This document shows, piece after piece, positions 20,414 to 30,859 of a stretch of DNA of 64,000 bases. Both the position numbers and the translations under genes were made by a program. The DNA lies in contig JAGBHI010000050.1 of assembly GCA_017935575.1 (NCBI GenBank), positions 1,697-65,696 of the forward strand, read 5' to 3'. The first letter of the stretch is position 1. The number at the start of each line of letters is the position of its first letter. Origin of the DNA: Bacteroidales bacterium. GTDB lineage: Bacteria; Bacteroidota; Bacteroidia; Bacteroidales; G3-4614. Below the pieces are notes generated by a model, which was given only the letters and a program-made list of their open reading frames with translations, was not told the origin of the DNA and made no database searches.

Positions 20414-22143
20414 TGGTAAAAACCGGTCGTAGATACTCTTTTAATCTGATATTGTTGATGCTTTTAGTATCAACAACTATTTTGTGTGCATGTAAGCCAA
20501 AGCAAGAATTAGATGTTTCCGCTAAAACCCAATATCTATTGTTGGAATCAACAAGATTAGCAAATATGGGTAATCCCGATTCAACGGTAGTGGCATATGA
20601 TATTTTAAATCGTATTCTTGAAATAAATCCTTCCGATGCTGATGCTCTCTTTCGTATAGCTCCATATAGTTATATGCTTGGCAAACAAGAGGAGTTTTAT
20701 AATAATATTCTTATCTCTGCAAAATCTGACACTACTAATTATTATTACAATACCACAGCTGCAAATATAGCTATGGAGTTGGGCGATATTACAACAGCGG
20801 AGAAGATATATCGTATGTTGATAAGAAACAATCCTGACGATGAAAAATTATACGATACGTTGGCAAGGACATATCTTAGAATGGGAGAGATTGAAAAGGC
20901 ATTAGCATGTTACGATACAATAGAGATAATGACCGATAACATTGAGTATGTGGCAATGACTAAGGCTAATATATATGCTCAAATTAAGGATATGCCAAAA
21001 ATGCTTGCAGAATTAAAACGACTATCAGCAGCATATCCTGATAATATTGAGTATCTATTGCCTTTAGCTTCGGCATATTTAGAGGTTGATAGCTTAGATA
21101 AAAACAGGGAGATAATAAACAAGGTAAAAGCATTGGAGTCAAGTTGCCTTACATCATTGTCTGATGCCGAGTATTATGATAAAAAGGGCGATATGGACAG
21201 TCTGAGAATATCGGTCTTTAATGCGTTGGAGTGTCCTGATATTGATTTGATGACAAAAGAGTCTTTAATAAGAGACTTTTTAAACTTTATACTAAAAAAA
21301 GATAATGATTATAAATCATTAGAGCGAGCAGATACTCTATTTTTATATCTTACCGAAGCATATCCTCGTGAAGTATCAATTAAAAATTTCTATGCCGATA
21401 TGTTGGTGATGCAATCAAAATTTGCCGAAGCGGCAGAGCAATATCAAGCATCATTATATGTTGAGCCTTCTGATATTGATATTCATAGACGATTGATAGG
21501 AGTGTTGTATGAAAGTGGTAATTATAAGCAGATGAACAAGGCAATTGAAGATGCTCAACAGTATGTCGATTCTACGTTTATATTGGAAGCTGCATCATAT
21601 TACCATTTTTCAAAACAGACGGATAAAGCAAAAGAATATCTACAAGAGGCTATTGATAAGTATAAATCGTCTCCAATATTTCTGTCCGATTTATATACAT
21701 TAATGGGCGATATATATTATCGTGAAGGAGATGCAGATAATTCATTTAAATATTATAATTTGGCGATAAAAAGTAATCCTGTAAATATAGAAGCTCTTAA
21801 TAATTATGCATACCATCTATCTGAATATGGTGGCGATTTGGACAAGGCAGAGCAGATGAGCGCAAAAACAATATCGGCAAAACCAAATGATCCAACATAT
21901 CTTGATACCTATGGGTGGATATTCTTTAAAAAGGGTAACTATTTATTTGCTGAGTTATATATAAAAAAATCGCTTGAAAATGGCGGAGATAAAAATAGCG
22001 AAGTTCTTGAACACTATGGCGATGTATTATTTAAACAAGGAGATATTGAAGAGGCATTGAAGTATTGGGAGAGAGCATTGGCAATTGATAAAAACAATGC
22101 CAAACTGAAAAATAAGATAGAGAATAAAACATACATTGATTAA
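20413..22143 (+). CDS. Tetratricopeptide repeat lipoprotein
   Basis: Lipoprotein-like signal (LCAC); TPR motifs ALNNYAY, YLDTYGW, EHYGD; usual position after dut. Confidence 0.85.
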   Translation: MVKTGRRYSFNLILLMLLVSTTILCACKPKQELDVSAKTQYLLLESTRLANMGNPDSTVVAYDILNRILEINPSDADALFRIAPYSYMLGKQEEFYNNILISAKSDTTNYYYNTTAANIAMELGDITTAEKIYRMLIRNNPDDEKLYDTLARTYLRMGEIEKALACYDTIEIMTDNIEYVAMTKANIYAQIKDMPKMLAELKRLSAAYPDNIEYLLPLASAYLEVDSLDKNREIINKVKALESSCLTSLSDAEYYDKKGDMDSLRISVFNALECPDIDLMTKESLIRDFLNFILKKDNDYKSLERADTLFLYLTEAYPREVSIKNFYADMLVMQSKFAEAAEQYQASLYVEPSDIDIHRRLIGVLYESGNYKQMNKAIEDAQQYVDSTFILEAASYYHFSKQTDKAKEYLQEAIDKYKSSPIFLSDLYTLMGDIYYREGDADNSFKYYNLAIKSNPVNIEALNNYAYHLSEYGGDLDKAEQMSAKTISAKPNDPTYLDTYGWIFFKKGNYLFAELYIKKSLENGGDKNSEVLEHYGDVLFKQGDIEEALKYWERALAIDKNNAKLKNKIENKTYID

Positions 22144-22972
22144 TATAAATATGAGAAAGTGTCAGATAATATTAATCTCAATTGTTTCATTATTGATTAT
22201 AGCTGTATCATCTTGTAAGACAACCGATACTCTTGCAACGCGAGAAACAGAGGTAGAGAAAAAACAAAAATCAGAATTCTTTCAGAAAATTATGGTGCAA
22301 TACCCTCAATTTTCAACAATGAGTTCAAAGTGCAATGTCTCTATCGCAAGTATCTCGTCAAAAGCTCAGATAAAGATGATAAAAGGGGAGTATATACAAA
22401 TATCCTTACAACCTATTTTGGGAATAGAGATGTTGCGAATTATGCTTACCCAAGATACTCTTTATGTAGTTGATAAAATAAACTCGCAGGTGGCAATAGA
22501 ACCTCTTTCGTCAATAACAGAGACTCTGTCTGCAAACGGAGGAATTAGTGAAGTTCAAAATATGATATTGGGATTACCATTTGCATTAGGTAAGAATATA
22601 ACAGTATCTGATTACAATGAATTTGAATGGAGCTACCAACAAGAGGGAGTAAAGATGAAGAGCGATGTAGTACAAAAAATATCATCAATATTTTCTTATG
22701 ATGTAAATGCACATCTATTGTCAACTGTTATTGAGTATGATTATTTACCAGCAGTAGAGTGTCAATATTCTGAATATAAAAAAGACGAAAATGGTATTGA
22801 ACGACCTTCGGTACTTACATTACAATCAAGAACTTCAAAATTCCCCATAAACGAAACCATAAAAATAACCAACTTTGCCCCGGAGTGGGATAAGAAAGTG
22901 GTTAAAGATACAAAAATATCATCACGATATAAGCGAGTAACGCTTAAAGGATTATTAGAGCAATATATGTAA
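22136..22972 (+). CDS. DUF4292-like lipoprotein
   Basis: Lipobox VSSC; IQISLQPILGIEMLRIMLT motif; conserved dut-TPR-DUF4292-envC synteny; true start may be 22151. Confidence 0.7.
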   Translation: MININMRKCQIILISIVSLLIIAVSSCKTTDTLATRETEVEKKQKSEFFQKIMVQYPQFSTMSSKCNVSIASISSKAQIKMIKGEYIQISLQPILGIEMLRIMLTQDTLYVVDKINSQVAIEPLSSITETLSANGGISEVQNMILGLPFALGKNITVSDYNEFEWSYQQEGVKMKSDVVQKISSIFSYDVNAHLLSTVIEYDYLPAVECQYSEYKKDENGIERPSVLTLQSRTSKFPINETIKITNFAPEWDKKVVKDTKISSRYKRVTLKGLLEQYM

Positions 22973-22973
22973 A

Positions 22974-24200
22974 ATGATAAAGAAAGTAGTTCTCATATTT
23001 CTATCTGTTTTGATTTTTTTGCCGGTATCTCCTGCACAATCATCAAAAGTCTCTTCTTTGCAGAAACAGCAAAAAGAGGCTCAGCAAAAGGTTGCTACCA
23101 CTAATAAAAAATTAAAAGAGGCTCAAAAGAAGGCAAAAAAATCATTGAATGAATTAAATGTTATCACAGCCGAAATAAAGGCACAACGTAAGACGATAGG
23201 AAAATTAAATAACGAAATAGAACGATTACGTAGAGAGGAGAAGGCATTGACCAGAAAAATTAATCTTCTTGAACAAGACCTTCAAAATAAAAAACAGGAC
23301 TATGCAAAATCAATGCAAAGTCTCTATCGTAAAAATTCGGGATACGACCTATTTGTCTTCTTATTCTCGGCAAACTCATTTAGTCAAACTATACGACGAG
23401 TAAGATATTTAAAGGAGTTTTCGTCATGGAGAAAACATCAGGCTCAATTGATAATGGAGCAACAAGATGAGTTAAATAAAAAACGAAAAGAGTTGCAAGA
23501 TCTTCGTGCCGATAAAAACAGTACAGTAAAAAAACATACGGCAGAACAAGAAAAGCTAAAACAAAAGGAGAGCAAGCAGCGAACTGTAGTAAACAATGCC
23601 AAAAAGAACGAAAAAGCATTATTGAAGGAGTTGGAGAGACAGAAAAAAGAGGCTGCTGAGTTAAATCGTCAGATTGAGAAGTTGATAGCAGAAGAGGCTC
23701 GTAAGTCAAACAGTAAGTCAGAAGGAGCTAAATCTGATGCCTACGGTGGATATAAGATGACAAAAGATGAGCAGGAATTGGCTGCAAGTTTTGCTCAAAA
23801 TAAAGGTAAATTGCCAATGCCACTATCGGGTAAATATATGATTGTAGGTCATTTTGGAAAGCAACAACACCAAGAACTTAAATATGTACAGGTAAACAAT
23901 AGTGGAATAGTAATTAAAACGGTTCCCGGAACAGTTGCCCGTTCGGTATTTGATGGAGTTGTAACAAAAATCTTTGTATTGCCCGGCTATAATAGTTCAG
24001 TAATAGTACGTCATGGTAACTATTTGACTATATACTCTAATCTTAAAGAGGTGCATGTTAAAACAGGCGATAAGGTTAAAACACGCCAATCAATAGGAAA
24101 GATATACTCTGATCCGGAAGACGATAATACAACACTATTGCACTTCCAGCTATGGAAAGAGACAACAAAACTTAATCCCGAATTGTGGTTGGGAGAGTAA
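22974..24200 (+). CDS. envC: Murein hydrolase activator EnvC-like (coiled coil + M23 domain)
   Basis: Long coiled coil; NKGKLPMP, VRHGNYLTIYSNL and LHFQLW M23-like C-terminus. Confidence 0.8.
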   Translation: MIKKVVLIFLSVLIFLPVSPAQSSKVSSLQKQQKEAQQKVATTNKKLKEAQKKAKKSLNELNVITAEIKAQRKTIGKLNNEIERLRREEKALTRKINLLEQDLQNKKQDYAKSMQSLYRKNSGYDLFVFLFSANSFSQTIRRVRYLKEFSSWRKHQAQLIMEQQDELNKKRKELQDLRADKNSTVKKHTAEQEKLKQKESKQRTVVNNAKKNEKALLKELERQKKEAAELNRQIEKLIAEEARKSNSKSEGAKSDAYGGYKMTKDEQELAASFAQNKGKLPMPLSGKYMIVGHFGKQQHQELKYVQVNNSGIVIKTVPGTVARSVFDGVVTKIFVLPGYNSSVIVRHGNYLTIYSNLKEVHVKTGDKVKTRQSIGKIYSDPEDDNTTLLHFQLWKETTKLNPELWLGE

Positions 24201-24215
24201 TTTGCAGAGTCTGTT

Positions 24216-25163
24216 ATGGAAAAAAGTAGAATAGAAATAACACGCTATACGCCCAATAGAGCACAAGAGTGGGATAATACTGTTGAAGAATCGCGTAACG
24301 GTACGTTTTTGATAAAGCGTAGCTACCTTGATTATCATTCAGACCGTTTTGTTGATCATTCGCTCATTTTTGAAATGGACGGAGCTATAATAGCATTGTT
24401 GCCTGCTAACGAGGAGGGGACAACGCTCTATTCGCATCAAGGTCTTACCTATGGTGGATTAATTATGACATCTCGCTGTAAAGGATTAGTTGTACTTCAT
24501 ATATTTGATCTTGTTAAACAATATATGCAGGAGCAAGGCTACAAAGAACTAATATACAAACCAATTCCTCATATATATCATAAAAGACCTGCAGAAGAAG
24601 ACATATATGCACTGTTCCGTAATGGAGCTAAGGTTGAATATTGCGGAATATCATCAACTATAAGTCTTGCCGAAGAAGTTCAATTTTCTTCGTTACGAAG
24701 TAGAGGTGTAAAAAAGGCTCTAACAAACGGATTAACAGTAAAAGAGGAGGCTGATTTTGTAAAGTTTTGGGATATTCTGAAAGAGAATTTAAATCAACGA
24801 CATTCAGTAAATCCTGTACATTCTTTAGACGAAATAGAACTGCTTAAAGAACGTTTTCCTGAAAATATACATCTTTATGTAGCCTATAAAAATAGTGAAT
24901 TGGTAGCAGGAGTTGTAATGTACAAAACTTCTGTTTGTGTTCATTCACAATATATAGCCTCTTCTCCAATCGGTCGAGAGTTTGGAGCGCTTGATTTGGT
25001 ATTCTCATATCTTATAAAAGAGAGGTACAAAGATGTAAAATATTTTGACTTTGGAATATCGACTGAAAATGGAGGTTTACATCTAAACGAGGGACTGCTC
25101 TCTCAAAAAGAGGGATTTGGAGCATCAGCAACCGTCTATCCTATTTATAAGTTGACAATATAA
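24216..25163 (+). CDS. GNAT/FemAB-like acyltransferase (polysaccharide-associated type)
   Basis: YLDYHSDRFVDHSL, SHQGLTYGG and YFDFGISTE...LLSQKEGFG motifs. Confidence 0.7.
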   Translation: MEKSRIEITRYTPNRAQEWDNTVEESRNGTFLIKRSYLDYHSDRFVDHSLIFEMDGAIIALLPANEEGTTLYSHQGLTYGGLIMTSRCKGLVVLHIFDLVKQYMQEQGYKELIYKPIPHIYHKRPAEEDIYALFRNGAKVEYCGISSTISLAEEVQFSSLRSRGVKKALTNGLTVKEEADFVKFWDILKENLNQRHSVNPVHSLDEIELLKERFPENIHLYVAYKNSELVAGVVMYKTSVCVHSQYIASSPIGREFGALDLVFSYLIKERYKDVKYFDFGISTENGGLHLNEGLLSQKEGFGASATVYPIYKLTI

Positions 25164-25164
25164 T

Positions 25165-26601
25165 ATGGGGCAAGAAAAGAGCATATATCAAAAAATCATC
25201 GGGGCCACAGCTCTATTTGGAGGAGTGCAGGTGATAAATATGCTCTGTTCTCTTATGCGAAATAAAGTCATTGCGGTATTGCTCGGAGCAGAGGGTGTTG
25301 GAGTTATAGGACTCTTTAATGGCGCAATAGAGATGGTCTCGTCTCTTACAGGAATGGGACTTCGTCAAAGCAGCGTTCGAGATGTCTCTGCTTCAAAAAC
25401 AGCCGAAGCCTTTAAACGCATTGTAGCAATAGTTCGTAAGCTCTCCCTTTTGGTAGGTTTGCTTGGTTCAATGGTGTTCATTGGAGCAGCCCCACTATTG
25501 AGCCGTTTTACATTCGGAAGCGAAGAGTATCTGTGGGGTTTTGTAATATTATCAGCATCATTGCTTTTTAATGCACTATCCTCTGGAGAGCAAGCAATAT
25601 TACAAGGTTCGGGCAGGCTTAAAATATTTGCACGTTCAACCGTAGCAGGTAGTGTAGCATCTCTGTTGGTGTCAATACCGCTCTACTATATATGGCGAAT
25701 GGCAGGTATAGTACCATCGCTATTGCTCGCATCGTTTTTTACATTTCTGTTTAACTATATAGCGTCTCGTAAAAGTAAAGTACAATCACAAAAAATATCA
25801 GCAAAAGAGGCAATAAAAGAGGGAACTCCCATGCTTAAATTGGGAATATATATGACCATTAGCGGATTTATGACAACCCTCTTGAACTATATATTTATTG
25901 CATGGCTTAATCGTTATAGCTCTACTGCAGAGGTAGGCTATTATCAGGCAGGATTTACTCTTGTAACCCGATATGTTGGGCTTATATTTGCTGCAATGGC
26001 AACAGAATATTATCCTCGTTTGTCCTCGGTACAAAACGATAATAAGGCGGTGTCTCTTCAGGTATCACGCCAAATAGAGAGCTCTTTGTTGATGTTATTG
26101 CCAATTATTGCACTCTTTTTGATTTTCCAAGAGTGGATAATTACGCTATTGTATGCATCGCAATTTGCGGTTGTAACAGATTATGCAGGATGGGCAATGC
26201 CGGGAGTGCTGTTTAAAGCAATATCATGGTCGTTAGGTTTTATACTATTGGCAAAAGGCGAAGGAAAACTCTTTTTGATAACTGAATTAATATCCGATGT
26301 AACATCACTTGCAATAAATGTTTTTCTATACCACTATTGGGGGTTGGAGGGATTAGGTCTTGCATACACCATAAATTTTGCCATATACACAACATATATG
26401 TGGATTATATGCAAAAGAAGATATGGATTTGCTCCAGAAAAAGCACTCTATCTTATATTGCTGATTACATTTGTCATAATATATTTGCAGGCAATAGTTA
26501 TAAACGGCGAAATCTCAAAATATATAATACCGTCATTACTTGCGTTTGTGGCTATACTATTCTCTTTGATAACACTGCGAAAAAGATTGATAAATAAATA
26601 A
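25165..26601 (+). CDS. wzx: Wzx-type O-antigen/polysaccharide flippase
   Basis: About 12 hydrophobic segments; RNKVIAVLLGAEGVG, VGYYQAG and YYPRLS motifs. Confidence 0.8.
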   Translation: MGQEKSIYQKIIGATALFGGVQVINMLCSLMRNKVIAVLLGAEGVGVIGLFNGAIEMVSSLTGMGLRQSSVRDVSASKTAEAFKRIVAIVRKLSLLVGLLGSMVFIGAAPLLSRFTFGSEEYLWGFVILSASLLFNALSSGEQAILQGSGRLKIFARSTVAGSVASLLVSIPLYYIWRMAGIVPSLLLASFFTFLFNYIASRKSKVQSQKISAKEAIKEGTPMLKLGIYMTISGFMTTLLNYIFIAWLNRYSSTAEVGYYQAGFTLVTRYVGLIFAAMATEYYPRLSSVQNDNKAVSLQVSRQIESSLLMLLPIIALFLIFQEWIITLLYASQFAVVTDYAGWAMPGVLFKAISWSLGFILLAKGEGKLFLITELISDVTSLAINVFLYHYWGLEGLGLAYTINFAIYTTYMWIICKRRYGFAPEKALYLILLITFVIIYLQAIVINGEISKYIIPSLLAFVAILFSLITLRKRLINK

Positions 26602-26696
26602 GGTTCCTATACACACTTAGTTATCCTGTGTATCCTAATTTAATATCGCTTCTAATAAAATAACCTTATGGGTTAAAAGGTAACTAATAATTAAAG

Positions 26697-26762
26697 TTAT
26701 CAACAATTATTTTAAATTTCTCGGTTTATATAAAATTATTATATAAAAAATCATTATATTTG
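26697..26762 (+). promoter_or_regulatory. dnaN promoter with DnaA-box-like site
   Basis: TTATCAACA (one mismatch to TTATCCACA) at 26697-26705; TATATTTG -7 element at 26755-26762. Confidence 0.45.
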
Positions 26763-26836
26763 CTTTCGTATGCCTTATAAAATGATATAGGCTGTAATTG
26801 TTTGAATATAAGTAAAATAAATAAAAAATAAGAATT

Positions 26837-27964
26837 ATGAAATTTGTAGTATCAAGTTCATCGCTATTGTTTCATTTGCAAGCGGTGGGAAGAGTAATCA
26901 GTTCAAAGAACACAATCTCAATTTTAGAGAACTTCTTGTTTAATTTATCAGGAGATAAATTGACAGTAACAGCATCTGACCAAGAGACAACAATGACAAC
27001 TTCAATTGAGGTTCAAGAGTCGGAGGGAAGTGGTTTGTTTGCAGTATCGGCAAAGATGTTGTTAGACTCTTTAAAAGAGCTTCCTGACCAACCATTGACT
27101 TTTGTAATAAACGATGATAATCTTGAAATTTATCTATACTTCCAAAACGGTAAGTTCAATTTCATTGGAATAAACGGAAGTGAGTATCCTCAAAGAGCAG
27201 CACTAAGCGATACAGCAAAAACTCTTTCAATGGGTTCAGACTCTCTTTTAAAAGGTATAAACAATACTGCATTTGCTCTTGCCGATAACGATTTACGTCC
27301 TGTAATGAGCGGTATCTATTTTGATGTTCACCCCGAGTACATAGTATTTGTTGCATCAGATAGTCAAAAATTGGCATGCTTCAAAAACATGTCAGTAAAA
27401 ACAGGTTTGCAAACATCATTCATTTTACCTCGCAAACCGGCTGCTCTGCTAAAAAATATTTTAGCAAAAGAGAGTGGTGATGTAACAATAACATTTGACG
27501 AAAAAAATGCATGTTTTACACTTGAGAACTTTGTTCTTAATTGTCGTTTGATAGAGGGTAACTATCCTAAATATGCATCGGTAATCCCTCAAAACAATCC
27601 AAGTCAATTAATAATTGACCGCTCGGTATTTACAACAGCATTGCGTCGTGTATCAGTATTCTCTGACCAAGCAAGCAGTTTGGTTAAATTGCAACTATCT
27701 CCCGATAAACTTGTAGTATCAGCACGTAATATCTCATTCTCAACATCGGCAGAGGAGAGTGTTGCTTGCAGTTATACAGGCGATACAATGAATATTGGTT
27801 TTAGCGCAAACTATTTGATTGAGGTGTTGAACAATATGTCATCACAAGAGGTTTCAATACAATTATCAGACCCCTCTCGTGCAGGAGTTATAGTACCAAT
27901 GCAAAACGAAGAGGAGGAAGATTTGTTGGTATTGTTGATGCCTATTATGTTAGGTGATTTTTAA
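26837..27964 (+). CDS. dnaN: DNA polymerase III beta sliding clamp
   Basis: MKFVVSS, ILENFLF, LRPVMSGIYF, RLIEGNYPKY and LLMPI motifs. Confidence 0.96.
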   Translation: MKFVVSSSSLLFHLQAVGRVISSKNTISILENFLFNLSGDKLTVTASDQETTMTTSIEVQESEGSGLFAVSAKMLLDSLKELPDQPLTFVINDDNLEIYLYFQNGKFNFIGINGSEYPQRAALSDTAKTLSMGSDSLLKGINNTAFALADNDLRPVMSGIYFDVHPEYIVFVASDSQKLACFKNMSVKTGLQTSFILPRKPAALLKNILAKESGDVTITFDEKNACFTLENFVLNCRLIEGNYPKYASVIPQNNPSQLIIDRSVFTTALRRVSVFSDQASSLVKLQLSPDKLVVSARNISFSTSAEESVACSYTGDTMNIGFSANYLIEVLNNMSSQEVSIQLSDPSRAGVIVPMQNEEEEDLLVLLMPIMLGDF

Positions 27965-27971
27965 TAGGGTA

Positions 27972-28751
27972 ATGAAACTCAATATAAAAAATCCGATAGT
28001 CTTTTTTGATTTGGAGTCAACAGGCTTGAATGTTGCTACCGACCGAATAATTGAAATAAGTTATCTGAAGGTATGGCCAAACGGTAAAGAGGAGGTGAAA
28101 ACTCGTCGTATAAATCCCGAAATGCCTATACCGGCAAGTAGTATAGCAGTTCATGGGATAACTGATGCCGATGTTGCTGAGTGTCCCACATTCAAAGAGG
28201 TTGCAAAAACAATAGCGTCAGAGTTGAAAGGTTGCGACCTTGCTGGTTACAACTCAAGCCGATTTGATATACCTCTGTTGGTAGAGGAGATGCTGAGAGC
28301 AGGAGTTGAGTTTGATGTGTCGCGCAGAAAGATGATAGATGTTCAGGCTATTTTCCATAAAATGGAGCAAAGGACACTATCGGCTGCATATCGTTTCTAT
28401 TGCGATAAGGACTTAGAAAATGCACATTCTGCAGAGGCAGATGCACAAGCAACATACGAGGTATTGCAATCGCAATTAGACCGTTACCCATCATTACCCA
28501 ATGATATGGGAGCTTTGGCTGAATTTACATCATATAATAACAATATTGACCTCGCCGGACGAATAATAAAAGACGAACAAGGCAGGGCAGTATTCAATTT
28601 CGGTAAACATAAAGGGAAATTGGTTTTTGATGTATTTGCAACAGATTTCGGTTTTTACGATTGGGTTCAAAAAGGAGAATTTACTCTGAATACAAAAAAG
28701 GTACTAACTGAGTTATATATGGAGTACCAACTTAAAAAACGAGGCTTGTAA
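27972..28751 (+). CDS. dnaQ: DEDDh 3'-5' exonuclease (Pol III epsilon-like)
   Basis: FFDLESTG, GYNSSRFDIP, AHSAEAD and FNFGKHKG motifs. Confidence 0.85.
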   Translation: MKLNIKNPIVFFDLESTGLNVATDRIIEISYLKVWPNGKEEVKTRRINPEMPIPASSIAVHGITDADVAECPTFKEVAKTIASELKGCDLAGYNSSRFDIPLLVEEMLRAGVEFDVSRRKMIDVQAIFHKMEQRTLSAAYRFYCDKDLENAHSAEADAQATYEVLQSQLDRYPSLPNDMGALAEFTSYNNNIDLAGRIIKDEQGRAVFNFGKHKGKLVFDVFATDFGFYDWVQKGEFTLNTKKVLTELYMEYQLKKRGL

Positions 28752-29944
28752 TGTTGAAAGGTAAACATATAATATTAGGAATAACAGGTAGTATAGCAGC
28801 ATATAAAGCGGCATATCTTACTCGTTTGTTAATAAAAAAAGGAGCAGAGGTTCAAATAGTAATAACACCTGCAGGAAAAGAGTTTATTACACCTGTAACA
28901 CTATCTGCTTTAACAGGCAAACCTGTTGTATCCGAGTTTTTTACAGCCAATAGTGGAGAGTGGCATAGTCATGTTGATTTAGGACTATGGGCTGATGCAA
29001 TGATAGTTGCTCCCGCAACAGCATCAACAATAGCTAAGATGGCAAACGGCGTAGCAGATAATATGTTGATAACAACATACTTGTCGGCAAAAGCACCTGT
29101 ATTTGTTGCTCCTGCAATGGATTTGGATATGTATAAACACCCATCGACACAAGCAAATCTCAAAAAATTACAATCATACGGAAATTATATAATTGAACCT
29201 GCATCAGGGTTTCTTGCAAGCGGACTTGAAGGCAAAGGACGTATGGAGGAGCCCGAAAAGATAGTTGAATATTTAGAGCAATTCTTTTCAAAAGGTGCCC
29301 TGTTTGCAGGAAAGCGAGTGATGGTAACTGCAGGACCAACATATGAGAAAATTGACCCTGTTCGTTTTATAGGCAACTACTCATCGGGCAAAATGGGTTA
29401 TGCAATAGCCGAAGCATTTGCATCGCAAGGAGCAGAAGTAACATTAATATCAGGTCCTGTAAACCTATCGTGTAGTTCAGCAATAGAGAGAATTGATGTA
29501 AAATCGGCAAAAGAGATGTGCGCTGTAGCTATGAGTAAGTTTGAAACTTCCGATATAGCAATAATGTGTGCGGCAGTGGCTGATTATGCACCAAAAGAGT
29601 ATTCAACTTCAAAGATAAAACGACATGGAGAGATGACGGTTGAGTTAGTACCTAATCCCGATATAGCCGCAACTCTTGGAGCTGTAAAAAAAGAAAATCA
29701 GATATTGGCAGGTTTTGCACTTGAAAGCGACGATGAAGAGTCAAATGCAACACTAAAGTTGCAAAAGAAGAATCTTGATTTTATCGTATTAAATTCACTC
29801 GCTGATAAAGGAGCATGCTTTGGTTATGATACAAATAAAATAACCATCATCTCTAAAAATGGAGAAAAGGAGAGCTATCCGTTAAAAAATAAAAAAGAGG
29901 TAGCTCAAGATATTGTAGCCTACACATTAAAATTAAAAAAATAA
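28751..29944 (+). CDS. coaBC: Phosphopantothenoylcysteine decarboxylase/synthetase
   Basis: GITGSIAAYK, APAMDLDM, TAGPTYEKIDPVRFIGNYSSGKMG and GFALE motifs. Confidence 0.96.
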   Translation: MLKGKHIILGITGSIAAYKAAYLTRLLIKKGAEVQIVITPAGKEFITPVTLSALTGKPVVSEFFTANSGEWHSHVDLGLWADAMIVAPATASTIAKMANGVADNMLITTYLSAKAPVFVAPAMDLDMYKHPSTQANLKKLQSYGNYIIEPASGFLASGLEGKGRMEEPEKIVEYLEQFFSKGALFAGKRVMVTAGPTYEKIDPVRFIGNYSSGKMGYAIAEAFASQGAEVTLISGPVNLSCSSAIERIDVKSAKEMCAVAMSKFETSDIAIMCAAVADYAPKEYSTSKIKRHGEMTVELVPNPDIAATLGAVKKENQILAGFALESDDEESNATLKLQKKNLDFIVLNSLADKGACFGYDTNKITIISKNGEKESYPLKNKKEVAQDIVAYTLKLKK

Positions 29945-29947
29945 TAT

Positions 29948-30853
29948 ATGCGTAATATTCTGTTGTTTATATTATTGTTTAGTGTAGTAGCTCTTAATGC
30001 TCAAGAATTGAATTGTAAAGTAACAATCAATTCAGATAAGATTGAGAGTGCCGATACCGAATTGTATAATACACTCCAACAATCAATAACAGAGTATATG
30101 AATGACCGTAAATGGAGTAATGCGCAAATAGCGGTTAATGAACGAATAGAGTGTACAATATATATAACTGTAAATTCAGTGGAAGATATTCGTTATAATT
30201 GCGATATACAGATACAAGCAAGCCGTCCTGTCTATAACAGTAATTATACAACAACAACATTTAATTTTAAAGATACTGAGTGTAGCTTTACCTATCAAGA
30301 GTATGAGCCATTGGTGTATAATGAAAATATCTTTGAAAACAATCTTACCTGCATACTAAATTTTTATGCAAATATCATACTTGGAATAGACTTTGATACC
30401 TTTTCTCTTAAAGGAGGAGAGCTCTTTTTTGACCAAGCAGAGAAGTTTGCGATGATGGGGCAAAGTTCGCAAGAAGCCGGTTGGGAAGCATTTGGAAGTA
30501 CCCGTAATAGAGCAGCGATATTGGCAGCGTTTACTGAAGAGAGAATGTCGCCATACCGGGAACTACTCTATAATTACCACCGAAAAGGTCTTGACGAGAT
30601 GTCTGTGTCAGTAGATAAAGGTCGTAAAGTCATAACAGAAGCTATAAAAAACAATCTTACAGCAGTATATGATATTAACTCAATGTCTGTAATAATGCCT
30701 ATGTTTAGCGACTCAAAACTTGATGAATTAGTAAATATATATTCAGAAGCTCCACAAACCGAGCGAGAAGAGGTGTATAAAATATTATCAGACTTCTATC
30801 CTACAGAAGAGCAACGTCTATCAAAAATCAAAAAAGGGAAAGAGACCCCATAA
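29948..30853 (+). CDS. DUF4835 family protein (PorD-like, T9SS-associated)
   Basis: Signal peptide followed by QELNCKVTIN; RPVYNSNY, YNYHRKGLD and FSDSKLDE; usual position between coaBC and recN. Confidence 0.75.
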   Translation: MRNILLFILLFSVVALNAQELNCKVTINSDKIESADTELYNTLQQSITEYMNDRKWSNAQIAVNERIECTIYITVNSVEDIRYNCDIQIQASRPVYNSNYTTTTFNFKDTECSFTYQEYEPLVYNENIFENNLTCILNFYANIILGIDFDTFSLKGGELFFDQAEKFAMMGQSSQEAGWEAFGSTRNRAAILAAFTEERMSPYRELLYNYHRKGLDEMSVSVDKGRKVITEAIKNNLTAVYDINSMSVIMPMFSDSKLDELVNIYSEAPQTEREEVYKILSDFYPTEEQRLSKIKKGKETP

Positions 30854-30859
30854 TAGATT

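Noticed and set aside
26602-26836. Possible oriC upstream of dnaN
   Set aside because: Only one DnaA-box-like 9-mer and no adjacent dnaA; better explained as a promoter region.
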